Origin: an uncultured Mobiluncus sp. | Lineage (GTDB): Bacteria > Actinomycetota > Actinomycetes > Actinomycetales > Actinomycetaceae | NCBI RefSeq assembly: GCF_902488535.1 | Contig: NZ_CABTWO010000013.1 | Location: forward strand, 571 to 64,570 | Length of the DNA stretch: 64,000 nt | Reading direction: 5' to 3' | Shown here: positions 60,223 to 64,000 of the stretch, one piece after another | Layout of the letters: the number at the start of each line of letters is the position of its first letter | Position numbering within the stretch: the stretch's first letter is position 1 | The notes under the pieces: model-generated | What the model saw: only the letters and a program-made list of their open reading frames with translations | Told to the model about the DNA's origin: nothing | Database searches by the model: none | Translations under genes and position numbers: made by a program

Positions 60223-60555
60223 TCACCAATGCCGGGGTGGTGGTGTTTTTGCAGCAGTGCCCGACATCGGGTTTGTTGTGTCCGTTGCGGTGTTCGCCGG
60301 GGTTTGGCTCGCAGCTTGGTGGGCGGCTTCGCGTTCAGCCAGGCGGCGGTAGATGACCGAGAGCAGCGCTCCGGACAGGTTGTGCCAGATGGAGAAGATG
60401 GCGCCGGGCAGTGCGGTTTCAGGGGTCATAGCAAAGTGGGTCTTGGCCAGGGTGGCGGCCATACCAGAGTTCTGCATTCCGACTTCAATCGAAACCGTAC
60501 GAGCCACCCGATTGTCCCCCCGAAGTAGTGCGAGGCTGCCCAGGTAGTCCCAAGA
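60223..60555 (-). pseudogene. C-terminal fragment of a bile acid:sodium symporter (BASS) family gene
   Basis: [34 protein letters not shown]; no N-terminal part or start. Confidence 0.8.
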
Positions 60556-60616
60556 GGGGATAATTGGGCATAATTGAATGCGGATGGCTAAAAATCGAGA
60601 AGAAATGAGGCATGTC

Positions 60617-61348
60617 ATGAAGCAGTTTGTCACTGAAGATTCGTTTTGGGAATTGTTTCCTGAGGCACGGATAGGCATTGTTGTGGCTCAGAATATGCGC
60701 CAAGTCGCGGAAGTGCCAGAAGAGGACGCGAAGACTATTCAGCAGCTCCTTGCCGAGGCAAACCGTACTGCCAAAAAACACCTCACCTCAGACACTATCT
60801 CCCAAAATGAAGTGGTGGCTGTGTGGCGCGAAGCTTTTCAGAAGTTCAAAACTAAGAAAGGCGCCCGCTGCTCAATTGAGAATTTGTTGAAGCGTGTATT
60901 AAAGGGAAACCCTGTCGGCTCAATTAATCCGACAGAAGACATTTACAACATTATTTCTCTGAAATATGCACTTCCGGTGGGAGGAGAGGATATCGACGCT
61001 ATGGATGGAAACATTCGTCTCGGCATCACTCAAGGTTCAGACGCTTTCACCGCCCTGGGAGAAGAGGAGGAATCGCCAACCTTAGAGGGGGAATTGTGCT
61101 ACCGCGATGATGCGGGAGCCATTTGTCGCTGCTGGAACTGGCGCGATGGCATCCGCACTGCTCTAAGGGACGATTCAAACAAAGCTTTCTTGATTATTGA
61201 ATGCGTAGATCCTCTGCGCGCTCAGGATTTGCAATCCGCAATCGATGAGCTTTCGGAATTGATGTCTAAATACCTCAAAGCCGATATCTTTTGTAAAGAA
61301 ATAATCACACGGGACAACCCCACCATCGTGATTGATGGTGCCAAGTGA
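60617..61348 (+). CDS. stand-alone B3/4 domain protein (tRNA trans-editing family)
   Basis: [39 protein letters not shown]; start after GAGG. Confidence 0.85.
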   Translation: MKQFVTEDSFWELFPEARIGIVVAQNMRQVAEVPEEDAKTIQQLLAEANRTAKKHLTSDTISQNEVVAVWREAFQKFKTKKGARCSIENLLKRVLKGNPVGSINPTEDIYNIISLKYALPVGGEDIDAMDGNIRLGITQGSDAFTALGEEEESPTLEGELCYRDDAGAICRCWNWRDGIRTALRDDSNKAFLIIECVDPLRAQDLQSAIDELSELMSKYLKADIFCKEIITRDNPTIVIDGAK

Positions 61349-61458
61349 AACCGATTCATATCTGAATGCCGGAGAACTCTGGTCTCGCAAACTGCCATCC
61401 AGCAAACATCGCGCGGCCAGAGTTCAATCCGGTGAACGTCCCCAAGTGCTCCGGGGCG

Positions 61459-62391
61459 TCAGGCTGCGACTATATCGTCAAAGAAGTGGATAATGCCCCA
61501 GATCACCGTTTCTTTGAGGTCCGTGTAGTTGTGAATTTCGTGGCGATATCCGAAATAGAGCTGCGCCTGGGTCTGGTGACCCGTATCTTCCAGCCAGTTC
61601 ACGACCTCCATGAACCCGGTGCCGTACATGCCGATGGGATCCTCAGAGCCGGCAATCAGGTAAACCGGCAGGTCCTTTGGGACCGCCTCGGCCCACTGGG
61701 GACCTTCGACCTGTTTCAGCATTTGTGCAAAGTCGAGCAGACTGCGGTTCGTCGTGGGCTTGGTAAATGCATCAAAAGGATCCTCGGCATGGTCCTTTTG
61801 CACGTAAGGATCCTCACAAATCCACTCGTTGCCAATCTTTACGCCCTCGGGAATGCGCGAAAATGCAAATCCCAGCAGCTGTTGTAGATACTGAGGGTCG
61901 CTATCCTCACCCCGACCTGCATCGACTACGCCACGCAGCTGCTCAATGACCTGATCGGTTTCGGGGAAGCGTCCCGTCACACCGCACAAGGTGATTCCCG
62001 CGAGTTCGTCGCCGTATTTCACCATGTAGTCTCGTCCAATCATCGACCCCATCGAGTGGCCGAAAAAGAACAGGGGCAGGTCCGGGTATTTTTCTTTCAC
62101 AAGCACGGATAGGCGGTGTTCGTCCTCCATCATCGTGTGTGGGCCCTTGTCGCCCCAGTCGCCCCAACGGTCGTTCTCTACAGCGGTTTTCCCGTGACCA
62201 ACGTGGTCGTCAGCAGCCACGATGTAGCCCGCCTCCAGCAGATTGACGATGAGGTGCAGATAGCGGCGGGAATGTTCGCCGAAACCGTGAACAAGCTGGA
62301 TAATGCCTTTCGGCTGCGCCGCCGGAACGTAAATCCAGCCGTAAACAGTGTCTCGTTCGTTGAAAGAGGGGAAAGTAATCTCGTGCAGCAT
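61459..62391 (-). CDS. alpha/beta hydrolase (lysophospholipase-like)
   Basis: HGFGEHSRRY, DHVGHG, GHSMGS, GSEDP, RHEIHN. Confidence 0.88.
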   Translation of the reverse strand: MLHEITFPSFNERDTVYGWIYVPAAQPKGIIQLVHGFGEHSRRYLHLIVNLLEAGYIVAADDHVGHGKTAVENDRWGDWGDKGPHTMMEDEHRLSVLVKEKYPDLPLFFFGHSMGSMIGRDYMVKYGDELAGITLCGVTGRFPETDQVIEQLRGVVDAGRGEDSDPQYLQQLLGFAFSRIPEGVKIGNEWICEDPYVQKDHAEDPFDAFTKPTTNRSLLDFAQMLKQVEGPQWAEAVPKDLPVYLIAGSEDPIGMYGTGFMEVVNWLEDTGHQTQAQLYFGYRHEIHNYTDLKETVIWGIIHFFDDIVAA

Positions 62392-62726
62392 TGCGCGTCC
62401 TTTCGTGGGTTGCGTATCGGGTGGACGCTTCCATCCTCACACATTTCGGGTCGATCCACGCCGGGTTTGAGGGCATCCGATACCGCAGTGCGAACAATCT
62501 TCGCAAAAAACTAGCGTCACTTGACTGGGGCACGTGAACTACCGTGAGTAGTATTTAGAAACCGCTGACTAGCTGCGGTAATGCGCCAAATACTACTGAA
62601 ATACTAATTTTTCCAAAATTAGTATTTGCGGCGAGGAGGCCAGTTCCACGCACGTCGGCGGAGCATTCAAGTTGATTTTGTAAATTGTGTGATGACAGCT
62701 CTTTGAAAGTGGTGTAGAATTAAACG

Positions 62727-62803
62727 CGAACTGATTCTCAGTAAGGGACACCATGTTTGTGTACCTGAATTCTCCGCGGGGTTTCGGCCCCGCAACTTCT
62801 TTT
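62727..62803 (+). ncRNA. putative tracrRNA of the type II-C system
   Basis: TAGAAT -10 at 62715-62720; GAACTGATTCTCAGTAAG resembles the anti-repeat/nexus start recalled for actinobacterial II-C tracrRNAs; GCGGGGT-TTCG-GCCCCGC hairpin plus U-rich tail; directly upstream of cas9. Confidence 0.7.
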
Positions 62804-62850
62804 AACCGATTTACCCCATTTCTGAATGATTTTTTAGTAATAATGATTCC

Positions 62851-64000
62851 ATGGATAGTCGCAAATATCGTGTGGGCATAGATGTTGGAACTAACTCGGT
62901 GGGTTTTGCTGCCGTGGAGGAAGACGATGCGGGTTCTCCTATCAGGTTTCTGAACACTATGGTTGTCATTCACGATTCTGGTGTCGATCCCAAACAGAAG
63001 GATCCTGTCATCACTCGTCTCGCTTCCGCAGGAACAGCAAGGCGCACGCGACGACTATATCGAACGCGTAGACAAAGATTACGCGAGTTGGATGATTTCA
63101 TCTCCAACGAACTTGGTTATCCCCTGGTGAATCTGGAAAACTTTGCAGACCCCTACGAGCCTTGGAAAGTTCGTGCTGACCTCGCAACGATAAAACTTCC
63201 TGCCGATGAACTTCCCGAAGCGATGTCTATTGCACTCCGGCATATGGCACGTCACCGGGGCTGGCGCAGTCCTTATCAAAGAGTGGAAGCTCTCCACCTA
63301 CAAGCCGAAATATCAGAAGAGTTTGCCGCCCTTAAAAAGCGGGTCATGAAGAAAACCGGAGATGTCTTCAGCGATGACGCGACACCAGCTGAAGTTTTGG
63401 TGGACTTGATGGGCAGGCAAAAGATTCGCGGCACCGATGGAGTGCTCTTTGGAAAACTGCGTCAGAGCGACAATGCCAATGAGCTGCGCAAAATTGCTTC
63501 TCTTCAGGGGATTGACGATGAAACCCTGAATCGCATTATTAATAGAGTCTTTTTCAGTAAGTCACCAAAAGGTAAGGCATCGGAACGCGTTGGAATGGAT
63601 GCTTTACCGGGACAAGGCTCAAAGCCTCGCGCTTTAAAAGCCATGCCATCTTTTCAAAAGTTCCGCATAGTTTCGGTCATCTGCAACCTGCGTATAAAGG
63701 ATTCTGGAGGTGACGCTCGCCCTCTATCTATGGAGGAAAAGGAAAAACTTATTGATTATCTTATGTCCAGTACAACTGATGACCATGTCACTTGGACAGA
63801 TGTTGCCGATTTGCTTCACGTTAAGCGTTCTAATCTTCAGGGAACGGCAAAGGAAGGCCCCGATGGTGAGCGTCCCTATACTCGTCCCCCGGTCAATTCG
63901 ACGTGGAGCAAAATCAAGGATTCAAAAATAAAAAGTCTGGTTACCTTGTGGAAAACTGAGGATGTAGACGTGCAGTCTGCGATTGTAGAGGCCTTGTCCA
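62851..64000 (+). CDS. cas9: Cas9, type II-C actinobacterial clade (3'-truncated by window edge; absent from ORF track)
   Basis: Hand translation: MDSRKYRVGIDVGTNSVG (RuvC-I), HDSGVDP, bridge helix RLASAGTARRTRRLYRTRRQRL, RHMARHRGWRSPY, FQKFRIVSVICNLRI. Confidence 0.95.
   Translation, partial: MDSRKYRVGIDVGTNSVGFAAVEEDDAGSPIRFLNTMVVIHDSGVDPKQKDPVITRLASAGTARRTRRLYRTRRQRLRELDDFISNELGYPLVNLENFADPYEPWKVRADLATIKLPADELPEAMSIALRHMARHRGWRSPYQRVEALHLQAEISEEFAALKKRVMKKTGDVFSDDATPAEVLVDLMGRQKIRGTDGVLFGKLRQSDNANELRKIASLQGIDDETLNRIINRVFFSKSPKGKASERVGMDALPGQGSKPRALKAMPSFQKFRIVSVICNLRIKDSGGDARPLSMEEKEKLIDYLMSSTTDDHVTWTDVADLLHVKRSNLQGTAKEGPDGERPYTRPPVNSTWSKIKDSKIKSLVTLWKTEDVDVQSAIVEALS

Noticed and set aside
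62630..62726. Long tracrRNA form that could repress the cas9 promoter
   Set aside because: Only a 6-nt CAGTTC match to the predicted repeat and no convincing promoter-targeting spacer

Overview
Chromosomal window from a high-GC actinobacterium. The gene set and the Cas9 type suggest an anaerobic Actinomycetaceae, possibly Mobiluncus-like; this is inference. The housekeeping backbone is mdh, two sugar ABC operons, glyQS-dusB-dgt-dnaG, aroD, class I fumarase, pntAB, MFS/MarR, pta-ackA, GntR, guaA, a patatin and two YhgE/Pip genes. Three defence loci are present: (i) an element remnant inserted exactly at the catalytic NPPY motif of a type I hsdM, carrying a coupled HTH-mod-res-gajA-gajB operon (type III R-M plus Gabija-like) whose other end is a deletion scar fused to an orphan Phd antitoxin; (ii) an integrase-less island at the guaA 3' end with AbiEi/AbiEii and an RloC-like ATPase-HEPN protein; (iii) the start of a type II-C cas9 with its tracrRNA, which the ORF track misses. 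The most interesting locus is a six-gene operon at 20687-26323 (minus strand): SCP2-like, FumI-like class III aminotransferase, split transketolase (two genes), second SCP2-like, VOC enzyme. Its chemistry fits an apparently undescribed route for cleaving, or building, long-chain 2-amino-1,3-diols such as sphingoid bases. This is a hypothesis, not a demonstrated function. All family assignments come from motif recognition by eye; no searches were run.
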